Numbered from the stretch's first letter, positions 10,984-21,478 are shown. The stretch: 64,000 nt of DNA from an uncultured Gemmataceae bacterium (GCA_963750165.1 CAVVPN010000003.1:1728001-1792000), one strand, 5' to 3'. The notes: generated by a model not told the origin, from the letters alone. Numbers and translations are program-made.

Positions 10984-11748
10984 ATGACAATCAAAACCGC
11001 GGTCATCATTCCCGCCCGCTACGCCTCCACCCGCCTGCCTGGCAAACCGCTGCTGCGCCAGACTGGCAAGTACCTCATCCAGCACGTCTACGAGCGCGCC
11101 TGCCAGGCCCACGCCGACCTGGTGCTGGTCGCCACCGACGACGAGCGCATTGCCGCGGCCGTGGAGGGCTTCGGCGGCCGCGTCGCCATGACCCGCGCCG
11201 ACCACCCGACCGGCACCGACCGCATCGCCGAGGTCGCCCGCACCCTGGACGCCGAGGTCATCATCAACCTGCAGGGCGACGAGCCGTTGATCGAGCCGTC
11301 GTGCCTGGACGCCTTGCCACGGTTGCTGGAGAACGACACCGCCGCGGACGTGGCCACGCTGGCGACGCCGATCCGCAGCCTGGAACTGTGGCGCGACCCG
11401 GCGTGCGTCAAGGTGGTGCGCGACGAGTGCGGCCGGGCGCTGTACTTCAGCCGCAGTCCGATTCCGTATGTGCGCGACGGCGAACCGAATTTCGCCCAGC
11501 ATCCGGCGCTGTTCCTGCAGCACCTGGGGCTGTACGCCTATCGGCGGCCGTTCCTGCTGCGGTTGGCCGCCCTGCCGCCGGAACCGCTGGAAGAGGTGGA
11601 GAAGCTCGAACAGCTGCGGGTGCTGGCGCTGGGGCGGCGCATCCAGGTCGGCATCGTGGAGCAGGCGGCGCGGGGCGTCGATACGCCGGCGGACTACGAG
11701 CGCTTCGTGCGCGAGTACCGCGGCGGCTTCAGCGCGGCGGCCGCATAA
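10984..11748 (+). CDS. kdsB: 3-deoxy-manno-octulosonate cytidylyltransferase
   Basis: IIPARYASTRLPGKPL, NLQGDEP, ALYFSRSPIP, EKLEQLRVL. Confidence 0.96.
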   Translation: MTIKTAVIIPARYASTRLPGKPLLRQTGKYLIQHVYERACQAHADLVLVATDDERIAAAVEGFGGRVAMTRADHPTGTDRIAEVARTLDAEVIINLQGDEPLIEPSCLDALPRLLENDTAADVATLATPIRSLELWRDPACVKVVRDECGRALYFSRSPIPYVRDGEPNFAQHPALFLQHLGLYAYRRPFLLRLAALPPEPLEEVEKLEQLRVLALGRRIQVGIVEQAARGVDTPADYERFVREYRGGFSAAAA

Positions 11749-11750
11749 AA

Positions 11751-11858
11751 GGAATTCGCCACAGAGAACACAGAGAGCGCAGAGAAAAGACAAAAGAAAA
11801 AAAGATAAACATATTCTGTCTTTTCTCTGCGCTCTCTGTGTTCTCTGTGGCGAATTCC
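11751..11858. repeat. Intergenic inverted repeat (CACAGAG family)
   Basis: ggaattcgccacagagaacacagagagcgcagagaaaagaca ... tgtcttttctctgcgctctctgtgttctctgtggcgaattcc. Confidence 0.85.
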
Positions 11859-11917
11859 TCTTCGATGCCAGCGGCATCGGCTATACTAGACTTTTGTTGT
11901 TCCCTGGCGGTTGGTGA

Positions 11918-13594
<1,677 letters not shown>

Positions 13595-13635
13595 TGCCGA
13601 CAGAGGCACCATCCCCGTTGAGAGTGGTTCGCAGT

Positions 13636-13877
13636 TGTGTGGACCACGAACGGCAGGCCGGCGCTGCCAGGCGGCGATTCTCGACGTGTGAAAAAGTTGG
13701 CGTTCTTGGCGTCCTTGGCGTTCTTGCTGTGGCAACCGCCGCCGCTGGTGGTCGCGCCGTGCCAGCCGTGCGGGGCCAGGGCGCCAATTCTCGACGTGCG
13801 AAAAAGTTGGCCCCCTTGGCCCCCTTGGCCCCCTTGCTGTGGCAGTGCAGGCCGCTGGTGGTCAGCCCGTGCCCGCC
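13636..13877 (+). repeat. Dispersed ~240-bp element made of two ~120-bp units, copy A
   Basis: Unit: attctcgacgtg.gaaaaagttgg-(9-mer)x3-ttgctgtggca...gccgctggtggtc...ccgtgcc. Homologous to 34733-34973, 58055-58250 and 47870-47940. Confidence 0.85.
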
Positions 13878-13914
13878 GCCCACTCGTGTGCAAACCGTGC
13901 GTGAACCGCTCCAG

Positions 13915-14907
13915 TCAGATGTGCAGTTCCACCACGTCCCTGTCGTGCAGCACGTGATCGCGCTTGATGGTCTGGCCATCGAAGACGCCCGTGCCCCAGA
14001 TGCGCGCCGACTTGAGGTTCTCCTGAAAGTCGTGGTGGACCCGCGCCGCCATCTCCACCAGCGTGCTGCCAGCCGGGCAGGTGAATGGCGCAGTCATGTC
14101 CGCTGGCTTGCCCGGCAGCTTCGTGTAAACGCGGATCACGTTCAGGAAGCGATAAATGCGCTTGCGCAGCTCCTCCAGGCCGGTGCCATGTTCCGCGGCA
14201 ATCACCTGGATCGGGAAACGTTCGCCGAACAGTTCGCGCACCAGGTCGAGGCGTTCCTGCGCGTCGGGCAGGTCGAGCTTGTTGGCGACCAGCAACGTGC
14301 GGACGTACTGCACCGTCAGGTCATCCTGCTGCGCGGGCGGTTGGCCGACCAGCACCGTCTTGGTTTCCGCCAGGCGGTCGAGGGCCGCCTGCGCCGCGAA
14401 GGGGCCGTCGTCGTCGCCGAGGTCCACCAGCAGCAGCGCCGCCTCGGCGGTGCGCACCATTGTCGAGACGTAGCCCTCCAGGAAGTCCGCGGTGATCGGC
14501 GGCAGATCGATGAGCTGCACGCGCACGTCCTCGAAGTCCATCATGCCGACGTGCGGCTCGCGCGTGGTGAACGGATACGGCGCCACCTCCGGCGTCGCCC
14601 GTGTCAGCCGCGACAGCAGCCGGCTCTTGCCCGCGTTGGGGCCGCCGACCAGCACGTATTGCCCGGCTCCCTGCTTCGGTATCTTGTGGCTGACGCTCGC
14701 CTTCTTCGGGCTTTTTTTCTCCTTTTCGATCTCGTCCTTCGTCTCGCTGATCTTGGTTTTGAGGTCCGCTTGCAGTTTTTCGCTGGCCTTGTGCTTGGGC
14801 ACCAGCGCGTACATCTTCTTCAGACAGGCCAGGCGCTCCTCGGCCGTCTGCGCCTTCTTGTACTCGGCCTCCGCCTCGTGGTACTGCGGGGTCAGGTTGG
14901 TGGCCAT
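13915..14907 (-). CDS. DRG/OBG-family GTPase with TGS domain
   Basis: From MATNLTPQY: VPKHKASEKLQADLK, GGPNAGKS, YPFTT, DLPP, NKLD, IRVYTK, RDHVLHDRDVVELH. Confidence 0.9.
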   Translation of the reverse strand: MATNLTPQYHEAEAEYKKAQTAEERLACLKKMYALVPKHKASEKLQADLKTKISETKDEIEKEKKSPKKASVSHKIPKQGAGQYVLVGGPNAGKSRLLSRLTRATPEVAPYPFTTREPHVGMMDFEDVRVQLIDLPPITADFLEGYVSTMVRTAEAALLLVDLGDDDGPFAAQAALDRLAETKTVLVGQPPAQQDDLTVQYVRTLLVANKLDLPDAQERLDLVRELFGERFPIQVIAAEHGTGLEELRKRIYRFLNVIRVYTKLPGKPADMTAPFTCPAGSTLVEMAARVHHDFQENLKSARIWGTGVFDGQTIKRDHVLHDRDVVELHI

Positions 14908-15072
14908 GTGCGTTCGGGGGTTGTATTTTCTGCCGCTTGCGGCCTGGCGGGAGCGCCAGGCCGCAAGCGGCGGAAAGGAAGAAAGCCTGCGCGTGCCTCT
15001 GTCACGCCCTCCGTGGTCACTGTATACTGCCCCAGGATTGGGGACAACCGCGTTACCTTCCGGACCACCGCC

Positions 15073-15897
15073 ATGCCTGAGCTGTTCGACCAGATCCAGG
15101 AAACCAAGCAGGTCATCGAGGCCCGATGGCAGAACACGCCGCGCGTCGGCATCATCCTGGGCACCGGCCTGGGCGGCCTCGTTTCGGAGATCCAGGAAGA
15201 GGCGTCCTTCCCCTACGAGGAACTCCCCCACTTCCCGGTCGCGACGGTTGCGTCGCACGCTGGCCGGCTGGTGTGCGGCAAGCTGGCCGGCAAGACCGTC
15301 ATGGCGATGGAGGGCCGCATTCACTTCTACGAGGGTTATAGTCTCAAACAGATCACCTTCCCGGTGCGCGTCATGCGGGCGCTGGGCTGCGAGGTGCTGG
15401 TCGTCTCCAACGCCTGCGGCGGCATGAACCCGCAGTACGACAAGGGCGACCTCATGGTCATCGAGGACCACATCAACCTCATGGGCGACAACCCGCTCAT
15501 CGGCAAGAACGACGACCGCCTCGGCATCCGCTTCCCCGACATGACGCACCCCTACGACCCGGAACTGATCCGGCTGACGCTGCGCCTCGCCCTGGAGGAG
15601 CAGATTATTTGCCACAAGGGCGTGTTCGTGGCGGTGCCGGGGCCGAACCTGGAGACGCGCGCCGAGTACCGTTTCCTGCGCGGCATTGGCGCTGACGTGG
15701 TCGGCATGTCCACGGTGCCGGAGGTCATTGTCGCCGTCCATGCGGGGCTGCGCACGGTCGGCTTCTCGGTGGTCACGGACATGTGTCTGCCGGACGCGCT
15801 GGAGCCGGCGAAACTCGAAGACATCATCGCGGTCGCCAACGCCGCCGAGAAGAAGTTGCGGGTGCTGGTGCGGCGCCTGGTGGGAGAACTACCTTGA
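15073..15897 (+). CDS. punA: Purine-nucleoside phosphorylase (trimeric PNP I type)
   Basis: GIILGTGLG, GRIHFYEGY, NACGG, DHIN, GPNLETRAE, GADVVGMSTVPE. Confidence 0.95.
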   Translation: MPELFDQIQETKQVIEARWQNTPRVGIILGTGLGGLVSEIQEEASFPYEELPHFPVATVASHAGRLVCGKLAGKTVMAMEGRIHFYEGYSLKQITFPVRVMRALGCEVLVVSNACGGMNPQYDKGDLMVIEDHINLMGDNPLIGKNDDRLGIRFPDMTHPYDPELIRLTLRLALEEQIICHKGVFVAVPGPNLETRAEYRFLRGIGADVVGMSTVPEVIVAVHAGLRTVGFSVVTDMCLPDALEPAKLEDIIAVANAAEKKLRVLVRRLVGELP

Positions 15898-16616
15898 GCC
15901 GCCGCGGACTGGTGCTCGCCTTCGCGTTGGTCTTCCCCAGCGTCATGACCTGGGTCTCCTTCGTGGCGCTCGCTGAATCGGGGACTCGGGGCGCTGCATT
16001 TCGAGTCGCCTACGTCGCCGGCAAGGTGGTGCAGTTCGGGCTGCCGGTGGTGTTCGTCGGCCTGACGGCGCCCGGCCAACTGCGGCCGGCCCTGCCGACG
16101 ATGCGCGGACTGGGGCTGGGGCTAGCGTTCGGCCTGCTGGTCGCGGCGGGTATCGGCGGGCTGTATCTGTTCTGGCTGCGCGGCAACCCGCTCGTGGGCG
16201 AAACGCCGGATCGGCTCCACGCCATTCTGCTGCGCTACGGGATCGAAACACCGGCGGAATTTGTGGTCCTGGCGTGCGTGATCGCCGTCGGCCATTCGCT
16301 GCTGGAGGAGTATTACTGGCGCTGGTTCGTGTACTTCGGTTTGCGGCGGCTGTTGCCGGCGTGGGCGGCGCTGGTGGTCGGCAGTTTGGGCTTCATGGCC
16401 CATCATGTGATCCTGCTGGCGGTGTATTTTCCAGGGCCGCAGGCGTTCGCGACGCTGGTGGTGCCGTTCGCGCTGGCGGTGGCGGTCGGCGGAGCGTTCT
16501 GGTGCTGGCTGTATGAGCGCAGCGGCACGTTTTACGCGCCGTGGCTCAGCCATCTGGTCGTGGACGCGGCGCTGATGGCGGTCGGCTATGACCTGGTGAT
16601 GTGCTACTGGGCGTGA
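15894..16616 (+). CDS. CPBP (Abi/CAAX) family intramembrane metalloprotease
   Basis: EEYYWRW, FMAHH and PWLSHLVVD motifs; multiple TM helices; TTG start overlapping the punA stop. Confidence 0.85.
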   Translation: MSRRGLVLAFALVFPSVMTWVSFVALAESGTRGAAFRVAYVAGKVVQFGLPVVFVGLTAPGQLRPALPTMRGLGLGLAFGLLVAAGIGGLYLFWLRGNPLVGETPDRLHAILLRYGIETPAEFVVLACVIAVGHSLLEEYYWRWFVYFGLRRLLPAWAALVVGSLGFMAHHVILLAVYFPGPQAFATLVVPFALAVAVGGAFWCWLYERSGTFYAPWLSHLVVDAALMAVGYDLVMCYWA

Positions 16617-16655
16617 ACTGCTTCTTCTGCCGCTTGCGGCGGAACAGCGGCGTCA

Positions 16656-17132
16656 TCACTCCGCCTCCTCGTCGTCTTCGAAGTCAAACCGAGGCGGGTC
16701 GGCGGGCTGGGCCGGTTTGGCCGAGCGTTTCGCCGCGCTCCGTGGCGGCTTGATGAGGCCCGCCTTCTCCAGCAAGGGCGTGCCCAGGATGTCCTCTTCC
16801 TCTTCCATGATCGCTTCCAGCGCTCGCTGGCCGACGGGTGGGGTGTATTCGATGGTGTAAGTGCGCCTGGCGATGCTGATGGTGTCGCCGGGGTGCAGCA
16901 GTTTCTTCGGCACGCGCGTGCCGTTGACCTTGGTGCCGTTGGTGCTGCCGTGGTCGAAAATCCACCAGAAGCCGTCGCGGAAGATCATCTCGCAGTGCAG
17001 ACCGGAGACGTTCGGCAATCGCAGACACACATCGCACGAATCGCGCCGGCCGAAGGTCAGCGGGCTGCGCACCAGTGGGATCGTGTCGCCGCCGCCGACC
17101 GGGATCAGTTCCCCGTGAGGTTCGATGCTCAT
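16656..17132 (-). CDS. FHA domain protein
   Basis: FGRRDSCDV...VSGLHC...DHGSTNGTKVNG. Confidence 0.9.
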   Translation of the reverse strand: MSIEPHGELIPVGGGDTIPLVRSPLTFGRRDSCDVCLRLPNVSGLHCEMIFRDGFWWIFDHGSTNGTKVNGTRVPKKLLHPGDTISIARRTYTIEYTPPVGQRALEAIMEEEEDILGTPLLEKAGLIKPPRSAAKRSAKPAQPADPPRFDFEDDEEAE

Positions 17133-17322
17133 GACGCCTCTCCATTCCCCCGCCGGAACTCGATCCGCCGACGTACCGCGGGTCGGGGCCTAAAGATGTG
17201 TATAAATTGATCTTAGTCTGCAATCGCCCAGCCGTCCAGAGAAACCGCGGCCGCCGCGCCGGCGATTTTTAATGTGGTCCTGTTCCGTGCCAACGGGTTT
17301 CGCCCGAAAATGAGAACCGTAC

Positions 17323-18318
17323 ATGAGTGCCACCGCTCCGCCACAGCGCCGCTATCACGCCTTCAGCCGCTTCCTGCGCGAGCGCTTCGGTGGCAAGGTG
17401 TACCGCGTCACCGTGGACGCCGGCTTCACCTGTCCCAACGTGGACGGCACCGTCGCCGTGGGCGGCTGCGTCTACTGCGACAATCGCAGTTTCAGCCCCA
17501 ATCGCCGGCTGCCGCGTGTCGGCATCGCCGAGCAGTTGCGCCGCGGCACCGCCGTGCTCCGCAAACTCTTCCGCGTCGAGCGCTTCATCGCCTACTTCCA
17601 GGCGGCGACCAACACGTACGCCCCGGTCGAGAAGTTGCGCCGCCTTTACGACGAGGCGCTGGCGTACCCGCAGGTGATCGGGCTGGCGGTCGGCACCCGG
17701 CCGGACGCGGTGCCTGACGAAGTGCTGGACCTGCTGACGGACTACGCCCGCCGTTGTTACGTGTGCCTGGAGCTGGGCCTGCAAAGCCGGCACGACCGCT
17801 CGCTGGACTGGATGAACCGCGGCCATCACTTCGACGCCTTCGTCGATGCGGTGCGCCGCAGCCAGGGTCGCGGCCTTGACCTGTGTACTCACGTCATTCT
17901 GGGGCTGCCCGGTGAGGATCGGCAGGACATGCTGGCCACGGCCGACGCGGTGGCGGCGCTGCCATTGCACGGCGTCAAGATTCACAATCTGCACGTGGTG
18001 CGCGACACGCCACTGGAGCAGATGTACCGAGCGGGGGCGGTGCGAATGCTGGAGCGGGCGGAGTATGTGGGGCTGGTGTGCGATTTCCTGGAGCGGCTGC
18101 CGCCGGAGATGGTGATTCATCGGCTCACCGGCGACGCGCCGCCGGACTACCTCGTGGCGCCGGCGTGGTGCCTGGACAAGCCCGGACTGATCCGCGACAT
18201 CGAGGCGGAACTGGAGCGGCGCGCCAGCTGGCAGGGCAAGCACTGGGCTGGCGCGGCGGGCGCCGTGGTGACGGAGTCCGCCGTGCCAGCCCGGGTGTCG
18301 TTACCGTTGGTGGATTGA
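17323..18318 (+). CDS. TIGR01212 (YhcC-like) radical SAM protein
   Basis: DAGFTCPNVDG...GGCVYC, YFQAATNTY, GTRPD, ELGLQS, HVILGLPGE, GVKIHNLH, IHRLTGD. Confidence 0.92.
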   Translation: MSATAPPQRRYHAFSRFLRERFGGKVYRVTVDAGFTCPNVDGTVAVGGCVYCDNRSFSPNRRLPRVGIAEQLRRGTAVLRKLFRVERFIAYFQAATNTYAPVEKLRRLYDEALAYPQVIGLAVGTRPDAVPDEVLDLLTDYARRCYVCLELGLQSRHDRSLDWMNRGHHFDAFVDAVRRSQGRGLDLCTHVILGLPGEDRQDMLATADAVAALPLHGVKIHNLHVVRDTPLEQMYRAGAVRMLERAEYVGLVCDFLERLPPEMVIHRLTGDAPPDYLVAPAWCLDKPGLIRDIEAELERRASWQGKHWAGAAGAVVTESAVPARVSLPLVD

Positions 18319-18319
18319 T

Positions 18320-18381
18320 TTCGTGGGCAGGCTTTCCAGCCTGCCGTGTCGCTCGGCAGACTGGAAAGCCTGCCCCACGAA
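18320..18381. terminator. Palindrome between convergent genes
   Basis: ttcgtgggcaggctttccagcctgccg...cggcagactggaaagcctgccccacgaa. Confidence 0.65.
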
Positions 18382-18389
18382 AAGGGGCA

Positions 18390-18776
18390 TCAGCGCCCGT
18401 ACCAGTAACTCGGGGCCTGGTAGTAATAGCCAACGGGCCGCACGCCGGAGGGCGGCGCGGTCGGCGGCGCGGCGAAAGCCGGCGGCGGGTATTGCGGCGC
18501 ATACGCGCTGCTGGCCTGGGGCGCCGGCCAGTTCGGGAACTGGAAGCCGGTGGGCGACGGCACCGTGAAGTAGGCGTCGTAGGGGAAGTAGGTGTACCAG
18601 GGCGGCAGGTACGGTCGCGGGCCGGGGTAGGTGAGGTTGATGTAAGCCTTGATCCCAGCATCTACCTTGAACGGCGGGCAGAAGGGCAGTTGCAGTGGCG
18701 CGCCGTCGGCCGACGCCCGGGTGGGCAGTGCCAGCAGCGGCAGCCCCACCAGGGCCAGCCAGACCAGTCGTTTCAT
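18390..18776 (-). CDS. Small secreted Pro/Tyr-rich protein ending QAPSYWYGR
   Basis: Signal peptide MKRLVWLALVGLPLLALPTRASA; low-complexity mature region. Confidence 0.75.
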   Translation of the reverse strand: MKRLVWLALVGLPLLALPTRASADGAPLQLPFCPPFKVDAGIKAYINLTYPGPRPYLPPWYTYFPYDAYFTVPSPTGFQFPNWPAPQASSAYAPQYPPPAFAAPPTAPPSGVRPVGYYYQAPSYWYGR

Positions 18777-19027
18777 GGGGGTCGTCCTCGGGGTTCGCAC
18801 GATAGGAGCGGGAAGGCCGCCGGCGACCGCTCCAACGGTGCCGGCGCGTTTTGGCACACTCCACCATTGCCCGAGGAAGCCGCGACGGCCAGGGAAAACG
18901 GCCGCCTTACCGCGTCGCGACGGCGCCGCCACCGTCTCAGACGGTAGTAGTCGCGCAACCGGCGCGCGCAAACGGGCGTCCCGGGCAGGAACCCGGGACG
19001 CCGTGCGAGGCTTACTGGTATTGTGGT

Positions 19028-19630
19028 TTAGTAACCGTACCAGTAAGAGGGAACCTGCTGCCCGCCATACGAGTAGCCGTAGCCCTGGTAGTAGCCATAG
19101 CCCTGGTTATAGTTATAACCCTGGTTGTAGTTGTAACCCTGGTTGTAGTTGTACGGGTTCTGCTGTTCGTAGTTCTGCGTTGGGGCGTAGTAGCTCTGAC
19201 CCTGGTACTGGTAGACGGCCGGTTGGTAGCTGGAGTTGCCGTACCACGACATCTTGGGTTCCTCCTTCTTGCCGTTCGCGGGCACCTGCTGCGGCACCGG
19301 CGGCATGAAGGTCGGGGCCACGGTTCCCGGCACCGCGGGCGGCGGGTAGGCGCCGGCGACGGGGTAGCCGCCAGCGACGGGGTAGCCGCCGCCGCCGACG
19401 GGAGGAGGGGTGACGGTCCAGGCGTTGGCGTGCCAGCCCTGGGCCACGTCGGTCGGGTAGCCGGGCACCTGGCCGCCGCGGAACATGCCATAGAACGAAC
19501 TGTTGTTGGCGCCCTCGTAGGTCCAGCCCAGGCCGATGAACAGACTGCTCTTCGACCAGGCCGACGCCTGTTGCTGCGCCAGCAGCGCCACGCACAGGGC
19601 CGCCGCGCCCACAATCATAAACTTCTTCAC
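19028..19630 (-). CDS. Secreted Tyr/Gln/Asn/Gly-rich protein ending QVPSYWYGY
   Basis: GTG start with GAGAGGAG RBS; signal peptide MKKFMIVGAAALCVALLAQQQASA; hexapeptide tandem repeats. Confidence 0.8.
   Translation of the reverse strand: MKKFMIVGAAALCVALLAQQQASAWSKSSLFIGLGWTYEGANNSSFYGMFRGGQVPGYPTDVAQGWHANAWTVTPPPVGGGGYPVAGGYPVAGAYPPPAVPGTVAPTFMPPVPQQVPANGKKEEPKMSWYGNSSYQPAVYQYQGQSYYAPTQNYEQQNPYNYNQGYNYNQGYNYNQGYGYYQGYGYSYGGQQVPSYWYGY
19083..19154 (-). repeat. 18-bp coding tandem repeat x4 (YNYNQG x3, YGYYQG)
   Basis: ccctggtagtagccatag / ccctggttatagttataa / ccctggttgtagttgtaa / ccctggttgtagttgtac. Confidence 0.85.
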
Positions 19631-19962
19631 GGTCAAACTCCTCTCAATTAGGTTCCCGATCCGGCGACTACTCGCGTGTTGGTGAGAACCATCGTCACCG
19701 GGTTGTCTAATCTTTCCCCATGACAAACCCTGAGGCCAGGCAAAGGTGTACGGATTGGCGAAAAGATTCGGGCCGCGCGACGTTTTCCGCCGCAGGTCGT
19801 GCCAGGCCGGTGAAAATCTCGTGTTTGGCTCAAGTGGCCGCTTGCGTGCGGAAGGCGCGGCTGGCGCGGCTGGCAGATTGGACGGCTTTGTCGGCGCGAC
19901 CCGGAGAAGTGCTGTTGACGCGGCGACCCGACAGGTTTGCGCAGCTGCGCAGGGTTCACAAA

Positions 19963-20030
19963 GGCGAGCGGCGCGGCGTCAGCCCGCCGGTACGGTGAAG
20001 CACCGGCGGCCTGACGCCGCGCCGCTCGCC
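19963..20030. repeat. Palindromic repeat (GGCGAGCGGCGCGGCGT family)
   Basis: ggcgagcggcgcggcgtcagcccgccggt...accggcggcctgacgccgcgccgctcgcc. Sibling at 47976-48043. Confidence 0.75.
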
Positions 20031-20036
20031 GGGAAC

Positions 20037-20723
20037 CTACTTCAGCTCGCGTACCTTGATGTTCTTGAAGTGAATCTCCGCTCCCTCGGATTGCAGGCCG
20101 AACGGCCCCTCGGTCAGCTCGCCCTTGCCGCTGCCGACGACGGCGCCGTTCACCTTGCTGGTGATGTTGCCATCCTGAAAGACGATCTCCGTTGTATTCC
20201 ATTCGCCAACCGGCTTGCGCGCCTTCTTCAATGCCGCCGCGTCGAACTTGTACGAACCCTTGGCGCCATTATTGATGGCGAAGATTCTGCCGTGTTCCTT
20301 GTTCTGCCCCTGGATTTCGACGCACTTCGGCCACACCTTGTGGGCGCCGGTGATGTGGGCCAGGTAACCGCTGTTGCCGCCGAACTTCTCATCGTCCGTG
20401 AGGTTGGCCGGCCGCTTGTACTTCCAGTCGAAACGCACGATGTAGTTCTTGAAGCTCTTGTCGGTGTAGAAGTAGCCGTTGGGCTTGCCGCTGCAGATGA
20501 TGACGCCGTTCTCGACACGCCAGGTCTTCGTGGACGACTTGAGCGGGTCGTCCCCCTTCTCGCCGTTCGCGAGGACGTACTTGAAGCCAGTCATGTCCTT
20601 GCCGTTGAACACGTCCTTGAAGCCTTCCTGGCCGCGGGCGGCGGGGACGTGGGGTGCCAGAGCCGCCAGGCCGACCGCCAGGGTCAGCACGGACAGCCAC
20701 CACCGGGCCAATGTGCGCGTCAT
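20037..20723 (-). CDS. DUF1080 (3-keto-disaccharide hydrolase family) secreted protein
   Basis: Signal peptide; VFNGKDMTG, WRVENGVI, NSGY, EIQ, GEWN, GPFGLQSEG..IHFKNIKVREL. Confidence 0.92.
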   Translation of the reverse strand: MTRTLARWWLSVLTLAVGLAALAPHVPAARGQEGFKDVFNGKDMTGFKYVLANGEKGDDPLKSSTKTWRVENGVIICSGKPNGYFYTDKSFKNYIVRFDWKYKRPANLTDDEKFGGNSGYLAHITGAHKVWPKCVEIQGQNKEHGRIFAINNGAKGSYKFDAAALKKARKPVGEWNTTEIVFQDGNITSKVNGAVVGSGKGELTEGPFGLQSEGAEIHFKNIKVRELK

Positions 20724-20874
20724 CGATGCTCCTCCAGATGCTTCGCCGCCGCGGCCGTGAGCCCCCGTGGCCCCGGACGCGGCGCCGAGCCGATTGTATG
20801 GCCGGGGTTGCGGCGGAGCAACCGGCCTGGCGCGCCGCCAGGTTTGGAATGTGTAAAATTAATGATGAATTTTC

Positions 20875-20902
20875 TTGACCGCGGTCGCTAACTGAGTATA
20901 GT
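20875..20902 (+). promoter_or_regulatory. Putative sigma70 promoter
   Basis: TTGACC (20875-20880), 16-nt spacer, TATAGT (20897-20902), with an AT-rich UP-like tract upstream. Confidence 0.6.
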
Positions 20903-20904
20903 AG

Positions 20905-21466
20905 GAAGTGTTTTGGCAAGACTTCTCTCGCTGAGGCACCGTGCCTCACGTCCACCTTAATTCAGGTCGCCGCGGCGGTTGAACTCTCGTCTTCATCCCG
21001 ACCGGCGGCCGCATCACGGTGCGCCACGGACGTTTCGAGAGAAGGTTCCCAAACGCGAGCCTGCTTGCGCTCGGATCTCGGCTCATACGGTCTCAGGTGC
21101 CCGGCGTGTGTCGCCGTCAAGACCGGAATCTCCGGCGGACCCTGAGGATCCTAACGACGCTTTCCAACCCGAGCGCAAGTGACCGCGGGCTCTCTTACCA
21201 AGGAGGTGCACCGGTCGATACTCTAAACGAGAGGATTGGCGGAGCCCGTCGCTCGGTTGGATTTCGGCTGGGACGACCTTGAGGCGCTGTCCGGCGCCCG
21301 CGCTGGACCCCCCTCTGGTCCCTGGAGTCATTTGCCCGATCGCGACCCCATACGACGGGTTTCCGGCTGCGAAGATGTCCCCTCAAACTCTAGGGGAACG
21401 TCGAATTTGCATTTCCCACATGGGAACAGTAACCCGTTTTCCAGACGAAAACGGGTTGCTGTTTTA
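20905..21466 (+). ncRNA. Candidate large structured ncRNA or long 5' leader
   Basis: Bounded by a promoter and an intrinsic terminator; many hairpins and a nested long-range stem; no ORF with host-like codon usage or recognisable product. Confidence 0.45.
21428..21466 (+). terminator. Intrinsic terminator-like hairpin
   Basis: cagtaacccgtttt-ccagacg-aaaacgggttgctg followed by tttt. Confidence 0.65.
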
Positions 21467-21478
21467 TGAGACGCCCTT

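Noticed and set aside
13680..13830. 9-bp triplicated motifs as a CRISPR array or collagen-like coding repeat
   Set aside because: No unique spacers; the element is intergenic and dispersed, and its translations are not gene-like.
17323..19630. Radical SAM enzyme plus Tyr/Trp-rich peptides as a RiPP cluster
   Set aside because: The enzyme is the widespread TIGR01212 type without SPASM/RRE features and is convergent; the peptides have Sec signals.
20905..21466. RNase P RNA, tmRNA, SRP RNA or short ORFs in this interval
   Set aside because: No GAGGAAAGTCC, tRNA-like ends or SRP loop motif on either strand; the ORFs lack host codon bias.
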